A DNA stretch of 64,000 bases from Candidatus Moraniibacteriota bacterium (lineage in GTDB: Bacteria; Patescibacteriota; Minisyncoccia; Moranbacterales; UBA2206), in assembly GCA_049304095.1 (NCBI GenBank), contig JBAQNU010000024.1, forward strand, positions 87,644-151,643, in the 5' to 3' direction. Shown here in pieces: positions 56,066 through 64,000 of this stretch. Under the pieces are notes generated by a model that worked only from the letters and a program-made list of their open reading frames with translations, had not been told where the DNA came from and did no database searches. The translations under genes and the position numbers were made by a program. The first letter of the stretch is position 1. Each line of letters starts with the position of its first letter.

Positions 56066-56072
56066 AAAAAAT

Positions 56073-56492
56073 ATGACAAAAACAACTAAAATTATTCGCA
56101 CAGTTTATCTCTATATCGCAGCGCTAGTCAGCCTCATTTTTGTAGCAGTCGGGTCTGGAACACTGATTAATACTGCTCTCAAAACCTATGTTTTCCCAAA
56201 AGCAGAAAAAGGCGGTTATGGCCGTTGCAACCAACAGCCTCCAGTCTATGGGCTAGATAATCTCAAAGGAGCAAATCTGACAACCGAAGAACAGAAACAA
56301 CAGGTTGCGAATATGCTTACTGATTATGAAACTTGGAAAAAAGACAATTCTGGCGAAGAATGTCTAAGTGCTGAGAGGCAAAATAATGTGGTAAATGCGC
56401 TCACAATGATTATCATCGCTCTGCCAATTTATTTATTTCATTGGAGGATAATTAAGAAAGAAAAAGAGGAGAAAGAAGAAAAAACAGCCTAA
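56073..56492 (+). CDS. Hypothetical 2-TM membrane protein with K/E-rich C-terminus
   Basis: ORF only. Confidence 0.4.
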   Translation: MTKTTKIIRTVYLYIAALVSLIFVAVGSGTLINTALKTYVFPKAEKGGYGRCNQQPPVYGLDNLKGANLTTEEQKQQVANMLTDYETWKKDNSGEECLSAERQNNVVNALTMIIIALPIYLFHWRIIKKEKEEKEEKTA

Positions 56493-56511
56493 TATTTTCA
56501 GTCTAAACTTT

Positions 56512-58008
56512 ATGGATGATAACAAAAAAGTTAGGGTTAGATTTGCTCCGTCGCCAACCGGATTTATTCACATCGGAAATCTGCGCACTGTTTTGTTTGG
56601 ATATTTATTTGCCAAAAAAAATAATGGCACTTTTGTTGTTCGTATAGAAGATACTGATCAAAGCAGGGAAGTAGCAGGATCATTGAAAAAAGTACTAGAA
56701 ATGCTTCAATGGATAAACCTAACAACCGACGAGGGTGCGATGCTGGATGAAAAAAATAATGTGATTGAGAAAGGTGACTATGGGCCGTATATTCAGTCAA
56801 ATAGACTAGAACTATATAGAAAATATGCCCAAGAGTTGATTGAAAAGGACAAGGCTTATCCCTGTTTTTGCAGTGAAGAAAGATTAAAGCAGATGCGAGA
56901 AGATCAACAGAAAGATGGCGTTGCTCCAAAATATGATGGATGTTGCCGCAAATTATCTCAAACTGAGGCGCAAGAAAAAATAGCTAACGGGGAAAAATAT
57001 GTCATTCGAATGAAAATTCCTGAAAATGAAACTGTGAAATTTACCGATCTGGTTTATGGAGATATTAAGATTGAATCTGATAATATTGATGATCAGGTTC
57101 TCATGAAATCTGATGGTTTTCCCACCTATTTTCTAGCCGTTGTGGTTGATGATCATTTGATGGAAATTTCACATATTTTCAGAGGGGATGATTGGATTTC
57201 CAGCGCTCCCAAATTGGTCTTATTGTATGATTTTTTTGGTTGGGACATTCCTGCCTTTGTCCATGTACCTAATGTTATTAGTAATAATGGGAAAAAGTTA
57301 TCCAAAAGACGTGATAGTGTGAGCGTGGAGCAATTCAAAACTGATGGATATTTACCAGAAGCTTTGGTGAATTTTCTGGCTCTTCTTGGTTGGAATCCAG
57401 GCGCAGGGGAGACACAAGAGATTTTTTCGATTGATGAAATCATTCAAAGATTTGATTTAGGTCATGTACACAAGGCCGGCGCGGTTTTTGATTTGAAAAA
57501 ATTAGATTGGATCAATGGTCAATATATTAAAAAATTATCTATCGATGATTTATATAAACAAGCCTTGCCATTTTTTGAACAAAAAGATTTCTATCAAAAA
57601 GCTGGCACTGAAAAAAAATCTTCAGATTTTTTGAAGCGAGTCTTGACTGTTGAATTGGATCGCTTGCCTAAACTATCTGATGTGGGAGAAAACAATCAAT
57701 TCTTTTTTGCGACTAATTTGCAATATGAAAAATCCCTTTTGCGCTGGAAAGAAATGAGTGATGCAGAGCTGAAAGAAACATTGGAAAAAGCAAAAAATAT
57801 TTTGGAAAATATTTCCGCTGAAAATTGGACAAAAGAAAACTTAGAAAAAAATTTAATGGAAGCAGCAGGGGATAGGCGAGGAGAGCTCCTCTGGCCATTA
57901 CGCGCAGCGCTGACTGGAGCACAAAAATCACCTTCCCCTTTTGAGGTGGCTTGGGTTTTGGGAAAAACAGAGAGCCTTAGGAGAATTGAAAAAGCCCTGG
58001 CGCTTTAA
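56512..58008 (+). CDS. gltX: Glutamate--tRNA ligase
   Basis: HIGH-type motif PSPTGFIHIGNLRT, KLSKR (KMSKS), Cys-cluster region. Confidence 0.9.
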   Translation: MDDNKKVRVRFAPSPTGFIHIGNLRTVLFGYLFAKKNNGTFVVRIEDTDQSREVAGSLKKVLEMLQWINLTTDEGAMLDEKNNVIEKGDYGPYIQSNRLELYRKYAQELIEKDKAYPCFCSEERLKQMREDQQKDGVAPKYDGCCRKLSQTEAQEKIANGEKYVIRMKIPENETVKFTDLVYGDIKIESDNIDDQVLMKSDGFPTYFLAVVVDDHLMEISHIFRGDDWISSAPKLVLLYDFFGWDIPAFVHVPNVISNNGKKLSKRRDSVSVEQFKTDGYLPEALVNFLALLGWNPGAGETQEIFSIDEIIQRFDLGHVHKAGAVFDLKKLDWINGQYIKKLSIDDLYKQALPFFEQKDFYQKAGTEKKSSDFLKRVLTVELDRLPKLSDVGENNQFFFATNLQYEKSLLRWKEMSDAELKETLEKAKNILENISAENWTKENLEKNLMEAAGDRRGELLWPLRAALTGAQKSPSPFEVAWVLGKTESLRRIEKALAL

Positions 58009-58034
58009 GCGCAAAAAAGTGAGAAAATAAACAT

Positions 58035-59366
58035 ATGCGTAAAATACAAATTTATAATTTAATATTTCTTGCAACTTTTGCGCTAGTTTTTTTTGACGGA
58101 AAAAACGCACTGGCTGATTCTTGTAGCGATACATGTGAAACAAAATGTGTGGCCCTCTATCCAGATAGCACTAGCAAAAAAGATGACTGTCAAGATAGTT
58201 GCGTAGATGATTGCAAAAACCTGGAAAAAAAGGCCAAGATCTATGAGGATCTAATTAGGTTGAAAAATAAACAGCAAAGCGCATTGGCTGATCAGTTAGA
58301 TAATATTAACAGCGAACAAGCCAAAACCCTAGCACAGTTGCAAACAGCCCAGACGCAAGTGCAAACATTGCAACAACAAATTGATAGCCTAGAGCAAGAC
58401 ATTAAAGATAAGGAAGCTATGATGGTGTTGCAAAAGAAAATGTTGACCAGTTTTATGCAATCCTACTATGAATATGATCAGCAAGACGTTTTGCCCATAG
58501 TACTCACCAACAAAGATTTTTCTGATATTTTTAATCAATCCGATTATCTGGGGCAGTCCAGCTCAAAAGTTTCCACAACGTTAGCGGAAATTTTAGCTAT
58601 CAGAAAGTCGCTCCAAGATAACCAAGACATTCTAAAGCAAAAAAAGGCAGACAGTGATAACGCCAAGGCAGATTTGGTTGATAAAAAAGAAAATTTGCAA
58701 GCCACTGAAAATCAAAAAACAAATCTTTTGGTTCAAACTCAGGGCGAAGAAGAAAAATACAAGCAGCTGCTCGCTCGAGTTGAAGCGCAAAAACAAGAGC
58801 TGTTTGATTTCGGTGCTGCGAGCAACCTTGATGATGTCAGTTCGAGTGTGAAAAATTATCCTAGCCCTTCTGATAATCTTGCTCCAACTAGTTGGTATTT
58901 TTCTCAAAAAGATTCACGCTGGGGGAATAAAAGAATTGGCAATTCAAAAACACTAATGAAAGATTATGGTTGTGCTGTCACTGCTGTTGCTATGGTTTTC
59001 CGTGAAAAAGGTGCAAGTATTGACCCTGGAAGAATGTCCTCACAAAAAATCTATTCCTATGACCTCATCAATTGGCCCACCACCTGGTCCCCAGGTATCA
59101 GCCTGAAATCATCTACTGGGCACGGAAATATTAACTGGTCTACCATTGATGCACAAATCAAAAAAGGTAATCCGGTCATTGTCTACATCAAGCGCAGTCG
59201 TGGCGGTGGCCACTACGTGGTAGTTACCGGAAAGGATAAAAAAGATTATATCGTTCATGATCCATATTTTGGAGCAAATCTCTATCTGGGCACCTCAAAA
59301 TCATTGGTAGGAAAATTAGGAACAAATAGCAGTGTTTCAATTGATCAAATGATTGTTTATAACTAA
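58035..59366 (+). CDS. Secreted protein: Cys-rich N-region, long Q-rich coiled coil, C-terminal papain-like (C39_2/CHAP-like) cysteine peptidase domain
   Basis: Signal peptide; DYGCAVTAVAMVF (Cys nucleophile) and GGGHYVVVTG...HDP (His). Architecture resembles cell-wall hydrolase activators/peptidases. Confidence 0.45.
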   Translation: MRKIQIYNLIFLATFALVFFDGKNALADSCSDTCETKCVALYPDSTSKKDDCQDSCVDDCKNLEKKAKIYEDLIRLKNKQQSALADQLDNINSEQAKTLAQLQTAQTQVQTLQQQIDSLEQDIKDKEAMMVLQKKMLTSFMQSYYEYDQQDVLPIVLTNKDFSDIFNQSDYLGQSSSKVSTTLAEILAIRKSLQDNQDILKQKKADSDNAKADLVDKKENLQATENQKTNLLVQTQGEEEKYKQLLARVEAQKQELFDFGAASNLDDVSSSVKNYPSPSDNLAPTSWYFSQKDSRWGNKRIGNSKTLMKDYGCAVTAVAMVFREKGASIDPGRMSSQKIYSYDLINWPTTWSPGISLKSSTGHGNINWSTIDAQIKKGNPVIVYIKRSRGGGHYVVVTGKDKKDYIVHDPYFGANLYLGTSKSLVGKLGTNSSVSIDQMIVYN

Positions 59367-59770
59367 AAATATATTCGTCTTTTTTATTAACTACTCAGTT
59401 AGGGGAGATACCAAAAAAATAAAAACTTTTCCAAAAAACGAGCCTCAAAATTGAGCTAGGAGCAAATTAAATTAACAGGTTGGTGCAAGCGTATCAAGCT
59501 ATTGAATCAAATTAAAAGATTTCATAAGACCCAGTTGGTCAGTTTAAAAAACCCACCGTGTCGCAAAAGTTACCTTGTGCGACACGCTCAATATTTCTCA
59601 AAGGGCCACTAATAACCAAAAAACCACACTTCCCTTTCGTATAAAACGAATTTTAGGTTGGTGGTTTTTAAAATAGAAATAAATAAAAAATAAATATATT
59701 TCTATTATTATTTTCTATTATCTTCCCTGCTATTATAACTCCAGCTTGCCGTAATCTTACAAAAGTTTTT

Positions 59771-60154
59771 TTATTTCTTTTTTCTATAATTATCAATTGC
59801 CGCCGTCAAAGCTTCACTGGCAAGATTCGAACAATGCATTTTAATTGGTGGCAATCCATTCAAGGCCTCGGCAACATCATCTCGAGTGATTTTGCTCGCC
59901 CGCTCAATAGTTTTACCTTTAGCGAGATCCGTAATCATGGAAGACGTCGCAATGGCACTGGCACAACCCAGTGTTTCAAATTTGATATCAGAAATAATCT
60001 TTTCGCCTTTTTTATTCTTCTTTATTTTGAGATAGATCTTCATCAAATCTCCGCAAATTGGATTGCCAACCATCCCCACACCATCAGGACTCTTAATTGC
60101 GCCCTGGTTATGCGGATTAGTAAAATGTTCTAACACTTCTTTGGAATAATTCAT
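59771..60154 (-). CDS. iscU: Fe-S cluster assembly scaffold IscU/NifU-like
   Basis: NPICGDLMKIYL, LGCASAIATSSM, KMHCSNLASEAL motifs. Confidence 0.85.
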   Translation of the reverse strand: MNYSKEVLEHFTNPHNQGAIKSPDGVGMVGNPICGDLMKIYLKIKKNKKGEKIISDIKFETLGCASAIATSSMITDLAKGKTIERASKITRDDVAEALNGLPPIKMHCSNLASEALTAAIDNYRKKK

Positions 60155-60176
60155 AATTTTTTTTAATTAACGCGAG

Positions 60177-61388
60177 TTATTTCTTAGCATAATATTCAGC
60201 CAAAACTCCACCAGAAACTTTTCGCAACTTTATTATTATTTTTTCTAATTTAGAAATAAAAACAGTCAACTCTTTTTTAGTAGTGTGCTTGCCAAGACTT
60301 ATGCGCAATGATCCGTGTGCTTCTTCTGCTTTCAGTCCCAAGGCAATAAGGACATGAGAGGGACTGAGCGATCCAGAAGAACAGGCGGAACCAGTAGAAG
60401 CAGCGATGCCTTCGGAGTCAAGATATAGCAGGAGACTCTCCCCTTCCACTCGCGCAAAACTAAAATTGGCATTATTGGGGGAGCGTTTTTTGCGTGATCC
60501 GTTTAGTTTTACATCGGGAATTTTTTTGAGCACTTCGGAAATCAAATAATCACGTAATTTTTCAATTTTTTTCGCGTCTTTATCTTTATTCTTTTCCAAC
60601 ACTTCAATTGCTTTTCCGAGACCTACAATACCCGTGGAATTGAGCGTGCCAGCACGCAAAGCAAATTCTTGTGTTCCACCATCTTGAATTTGCTTGATTT
60701 TTGTGCCTTTTTTGACCATTAGCATCCCGATACCCTTGGGACCATATATCTTATGCGCCGACATTGAGAGCAAATCAACACCCAATCTTTTGACATTTGT
60801 GTCGAAATAGGCCACGGCTTGTGTCGCATCAGTATGAAAAATTATTCTCTCTTCTCGTTTTGCGTTAACACGCGCCAGCAGTTTTCCAATTTGCGCAATT
60901 GGTTGCACTGTCCCAATTTCATTGTTCACATACATAATGGATATGAGTAGTGTGTTTTCCTTGATAGCTTTTTCCACATCAGCCACTCTAATAATTCCAT
61001 CAGCATAGACTGGAAGATAGGTTACTTCCGCCCTCCCCTCTTTTTCCATTTTTTGACAAGTTTTCAAGACACAACTATGTTCAAAAACGGTCGTGATGAT
61101 ATGGGGAATCTTCTTATTCTTATCATGAGCACGCAGCGCTCCCTTGATCGCCAAATTATTCGACTCTGTTGCACCGCTCGTGAAAATAATCTCTTCCGGA
61201 ATGCATTTAAAAAAATGGGCTAGCTTTTTACGCGCATCAAAAATAGCATCAGCCGCAGTTCGACCAAACGAGTGGAGTGACGAAGCATTACCAAAATCTT
61301 CACTGAAATATGGCAACATCGTGCCTAGTACATCAGCATCGACTGGAGTTGTCGCTGCGTAATCTAGATATATCTTCTTGCTATCCAT
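60177..61388 (-). CDS. iscS: Cysteine desulfurase (IscS/NifS)
   Basis: PLP lysine in SAHKIYGPKGIG, catalytic Cys loop SACSSGS. Confidence 0.9.
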   Translation of the reverse strand: MDSKKIYLDYAATTPVDADVLGTMLPYFSEDFGNASSLHSFGRTAADAIFDARKKLAHFFKCIPEEIIFTSGATESNNLAIKGALRAHDKNKKIPHIITTVFEHSCVLKTCQKMEKEGRAEVTYLPVYADGIIRVADVEKAIKENTLLISIMYVNNEIGTVQPIAQIGKLLARVNAKREERIIFHTDATQAVAYFDTNVKRLGVDLLSMSAHKIYGPKGIGMLMVKKGTKIKQIQDGGTQEFALRAGTLNSTGIVGLGKAIEVLEKNKDKDAKKIEKLRDYLISEVLKKIPDVKLNGSRKKRSPNNANFSFARVEGESLLLYLDSEGIAASTGSACSSGSLSPSHVLIALGLKAEEAHGSLRISLGKHTTKKELTVFISKLEKIIIKLRKVSGGVLAEYYAKK

Positions 61389-61401
61389 GATATTTTTTAA
61401 T

Positions 61402-61785
61402 TTATATTAATTCACTTAATTTAATTGCGAATAGGGTTTTTTTGATTTGAAATGCTAGTTTGTTCCAAACAAGACTGGACGCGCAAACTTTTGCTTTCAT
61501 ACAATTACTTCCATCGCATTTAGAAACAATTGGTCCCTCCATAATTTCAATAATTTCTCCAGCAGAAATATTTTTTGGATTTTTGATCAGTGTATATCCC
61601 CCACTTTTGCCCTTTTGGCTTTTGACCAAACTATTTTTACGCAATCTTCCAATCAGTGTCTCCAGATATTTAGCTGAGATGTTTTCTTCCTGAGAAATTT
61701 CGGTGATATTTTTTTGGCCTGGATAAGCCCGCGCCAAACATACCATCGCACGCAGTCCATATTCAGCTTTAGTGGAAAAATGCAT
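61402..61785 (-). CDS. iscR: Rrf2-family transcriptional regulator (IscR-like)
   Basis: MHFSTKAEYGLRAMVCLAR winged HTH and 3 Cys (CDGSNCMKAKVC); first gene of the isc operon. Confidence 0.8.
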   Translation of the reverse strand: MHFSTKAEYGLRAMVCLARAYPGQKNITEISQEENISAKYLETLIGRLRKNSLVKSQKGKSGGYTLIKNPKNISAGEIIEIMEGPIVSKCDGSNCMKAKVCASSLVWNKLAFQIKKTLFAIKLSELI

Positions 61786-61875
61786 CTATTTGATGAGTAT
61801 TAACGCTTATTAAACCCTACTAGATTAGTATGGTTTAATTATAGCGCTTTTGAGCTTTCTGTCAAATCTGCTATA

Positions 61876-63039
61876 ATGCAGAGGCTAAATAGCCTAAAAA
61901 CAACTACTATGCGCATTTCATATTCTGCCCTTGATACCTATAAAAGCTGTCCGTTGAAGTATAAATATCAGCAAATCGACAAGATTAAAACGCCCAAATC
62001 CAAAGAAGCTGTATTTGGGACAATTTTGCACTCAACAATGAAATTCATTCACACGCCTGGCATTCTCTCCCCCACGCTGGAGCAAGCGATGGAGTTTTTT
62101 TCCAATTCTTGGAACCCAGCTGTGTTTGATTCGCCCGAAGAAGAACGCGCCGCTTTTGTGCAGGGCGTGAAAATTATTCAAGATTATTATCAAAAAAATA
62201 ATCCGGCTGATTTTAATATTGTGAACTTGGAATCACGATTTCAGATTGAAATTGGAGAGAAGGATAATCGACATATTATTTCCGGAATTATTGACCGGAT
62301 TGATCGCACGGCGGATGGGTTTGAAATCATTGATTACAAAACAACCAAAAAAATGCCCACGCAAGATCGCGTTGAGGGTGATATGCAACTTTCGGTCTAT
62401 CTCGCCGCTTTTCTTTCCTATTATCCCGAGGAAAGGAAAAATTTAGACAAACTCAAGGTTAGTCTCTACTTTCTGAAACACGGGGTAAAATTATCAGCCA
62501 CACGAACTGAAGAACAGCTCAAAGAAAATGAGGCAATCTTTTTGGAAACAATCAAGCTGATTGAAGAAGGAAACTTTGAACCAACCATTTCCCCGCTTTG
62601 CGATTGGTGTGGCTATCAAAATATCTGTCCCATGTGGAAGCATAAATTCAAGGAAGCGAGAAAAATTGACACTCAAGAGATTGCGGGACTGATTGATGAA
62701 TATATTGAACTCAAATCTGCTATGTCACTCACGAAAGATCGTTTGGCAAAAATCCAAGAAGACATTGTGACATATATGGGCCAAGAAGGCGTCGAGCGGG
62801 TTTTTGGCAGTCAGGGCATCATAGCGAGGAGCCTCCGCGTGACCTATAAATATGACGAGGAAAAGATTCAAGCAATCCTAGAGCCCCTGGGAAGGTGGCA
62901 AGAGGTACTAAAACTCGACAAAACCGCCCTCAAAAATGTAACTGAACTTTTGCCAGCACCGGTCAAAAAGGAAATTGAAAAAGCCAAAATTGAAGATAAA
63001 ACGACTAGCAGTTTGATTGTGAAAAAAGGAAGCCAATAA
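61876..63039 (+). CDS. PD-(D/E)XK nuclease with C-terminal Cys cluster (Cas4/AddB-like, PDDEXK_1 family)
   Basis: N-terminal ISYSALDTYKSCPLKYKY (first Cys), IIDYKTTKK core motif, C-terminal CDWCGYQNICPMW. Confidence 0.55.
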   Translation: MQRLNSLKTTTMRISYSALDTYKSCPLKYKYQQIDKIKTPKSKEAVFGTILHSTMKFIHTPGILSPTLEQAMEFFSNSWNPAVFDSPEEERAAFVQGVKIIQDYYQKNNPADFNIVNLESRFQIEIGEKDNRHIISGIIDRIDRTADGFEIIDYKTTKKMPTQDRVEGDMQLSVYLAAFLSYYPEERKNLDKLKVSLYFLKHGVKLSATRTEEQLKENEAIFLETIKLIEEGNFEPTISPLCDWCGYQNICPMWKHKFKEARKIDTQEIAGLIDEYIELKSAMSLTKDRLAKIQEDIVTYMGQEGVERVFGSQGIIARSLRVTYKYDEEKIQAILEPLGRWQEVLKLDKTALKNVTELLPAPVKKEIEKAKIEDKTTSSLIVKKGSQ

Positions 63040-63040
63040 A

Positions 63041-63502
63041 ATGTATTGCTATATCCAAAAAACTAAAAAATACGTCAAACAGTTTTTTCTGATTGATGAC
63101 ACCCCACACAAAGTCGCGGCTGGTTTTGCGCTGGGTGTTTTTTGGGGCATTATGCCGGGCGAAGGTGTTGGAATAACCCTGCTTACCGCCTATATTTTGC
63201 GTCTCAATCGACTTTCAGCAACCGCTGGGGTTCTCGCTAGCAATATGTGGATGACTTTTGTTGTCTTGCCCCTTGCCACAACGGTTGGTAGTTTCATTTT
63301 TCGCGTCAGTCCGGAATTTTTGATGAACAGTTTTCACGAAACCTATGGCTTGGGCTGGAAATATTTTTTCACTGAAACAATTTTTCTCAAAATTCTCACA
63401 CCGTTTTTTGTCGGATTTTTTATTGTTTCAATCGCAATTGCTTTATTTTTTTACGTCTTGCTTTATTTTCCTTTGAAATATAAAAAGATTAAATTTAAAT
63501 AA
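63041..63502 (+). CDS. DUF2062-family small membrane protein
   Basis: AAGFALGVFWGIMPGEGVGITL motif; 4 TM segments. Confidence 0.5.
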   Translation: MYCYIQKTKKYVKQFFLIDDTPHKVAAGFALGVFWGIMPGEGVGITLLTAYILRLNRLSATAGVLASNMWMTFVVLPLATTVGSFIFRVSPEFLMNSFHETYGLGWKYFFTETIFLKILTPFFVGFFIVSIAIALFFYVLLYFPLKYKKIKFK

Positions 63503-64000
63503 CTTTTCTTGTGTTTTCTCCCGCAAGATATCCCGTACTCCAACAAATCTGCAAATTATACCCGCCCGTCGGACCATCGAGGTCTAAAATTTCTCCGGCG
63601 AAATATAGATTTTCGATAATTTTTGATTGCATGGTTTTAGGATCAACTTCCTTGAGAGCTATTCCCCCGCTGGTGATCATCGCTGACTCAAAACCCATTA
63701 CATCGAGGACGGTAAATTTCAAAGACTTCAAAAGCGCCACGACTTTCTGGCGTTCTTTTTTTGTGAGAAAGTTTAGCTTTTTGTCCGGATCAATCTCGGC
63801 TAGTTTCAAAATTAGCTCTAGCATTTTTCGCGACAAAATTTCTCTAAAATAGTTTTTAATATCTTTTTTATTATTCTTCTCAAAAGCCAAGACTAGCTTT
63901 TTGTCTAATTCAAAGGTAGCTAGTTCAGGAAAAAGTTCCAACTCAATTGTGACCGAACCCTTTTGCAAAAACGCGCTAATAGCTTTGCTCGCATTAATAA
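63495..64000 (-). CDS. HI0933/BaiN-like FAD-dependent flavoprotein, C-terminal part only; the gene continues beyond the window end
   Basis: ENLYFAGEILDLDGPTGGYNLQICWSTGYLAGEN C-terminal signature. No stop upstream in frame before position 64000. Confidence 0.6.
   Translation of the reverse strand, partial: INASKAISAFLQKGSVTIELELFPELATFELDKKLVLAFEKNNKKDIKNYFREILSRKMLELILKLAEIDPDKKLNFLTKKERQKVVALLKSLKFTVLDVMGFESAMITSGGIALKEVDPKTMQSKIIENLYFAGEILDLDGPTGGYNLQICWSTGYLAGENTRKVI

Noticed and set aside
59367-59770. RNase P RNA, tmRNA or SRP RNA in the long gene-free region
   Set aside because: The conserved P4 (AGGAAAGUCCGGGCUC), tmRNA 5'/3' ends and SRP domain IV (GGAAGCAGCCA-type) motifs are not present. 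Left as an unclassified hairpin-rich region.
1-64000. CRISPR arrays, rRNA genes, transposase/integrase genes, prophage structural genes
   Set aside because: They were looked for (regularly spaced direct repeats, 16S/23S signatures, DDE/tyrosine recombinase motifs) and not found. The repeats present are irregularly spaced and lack spacer-repeat periodicity.

Overview
This window is a chromosomal segment of an AT-rich, small-genome bacterium. Gene content and several short housekeeping proteins (606-aa AlaRS without a C-Ala domain, 319-aa Obg, 498-aa Rel, isolated groES) fit a Patescibacteria/CPR-type genome; that placement is inference. Left to right the window contains:
- scpA (5' partial) and scpB;
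- a ~13-kb cell-envelope glycan locus (serine D-Ala-D-Ala carboxypeptidase, mraY, GT-B/GT-A/GT-C glycosyltransferases, DUF4012-like protein, UDP-GlcA 4-epimerase, ugd) with cysK embedded in it;
- an FtsA-like gene followed by a large membrane protein;
- three small Cys-containing membrane/secreted proteins surrounded by GC-rich palindromic repeats;
- an MsbA-like ABC exporter, a YdjC-like deacetylase, yidD, obg, groES, rhodanese, fmt-def-priA, tRNA-Leu(CAA), parA/parB, a SAM methyltransferase, hicB/hicA, rel, topA-dprA;
- divergent from dprA, an uncharacterised cluster: sigma-r4/HARE-HTH regulator, single-TM protein, FtsK/HerA-superfamily ATPase with Zn ribbon, 55-aa TM protein;
- mnmA, three small coiled-coil proteins, alaS, secE-nusG-rplK-rplA, a P-loop kinase, pth, an LCP protein, lepB, hisS, a HIT protein, rpsU, yqeY, thpR, a wecG/tagA-family GT, gltX, a secreted coiled-coil C39-like peptidase, the iscR-iscS-iscU operon, a Cas4-like PD-(D/E)XK nuclease, a DUF2062 protein and a 5'-partial HI0933 flavoprotein.

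The most notable non-genic signals are:
- (i) a ~180-bp MITE-like repeat family present three times in the same orientation, each copy filling a short intergenic spacer (dacA|mraY, GT|GT-C, parA|parB), with 7-bp flanking direct repeats on two copies and compensatory base changes in a long flanking helix;
- (ii) a 27/28-nt GC-rich hairpin element present twice in inverted orientation between hicA and rel and once inserted in frame inside the wecG/tagA-family gene;
- (iii) a 26-codon leader ORF carrying five Cys codons with mutually exclusive hairpins and an intrinsic terminator upstream of cysK;
- (iv) a GC-rich nested-palindrome island at 19.43-19.66 kb.

No rRNA, CRISPR array, transposase or integrase gene was seen.
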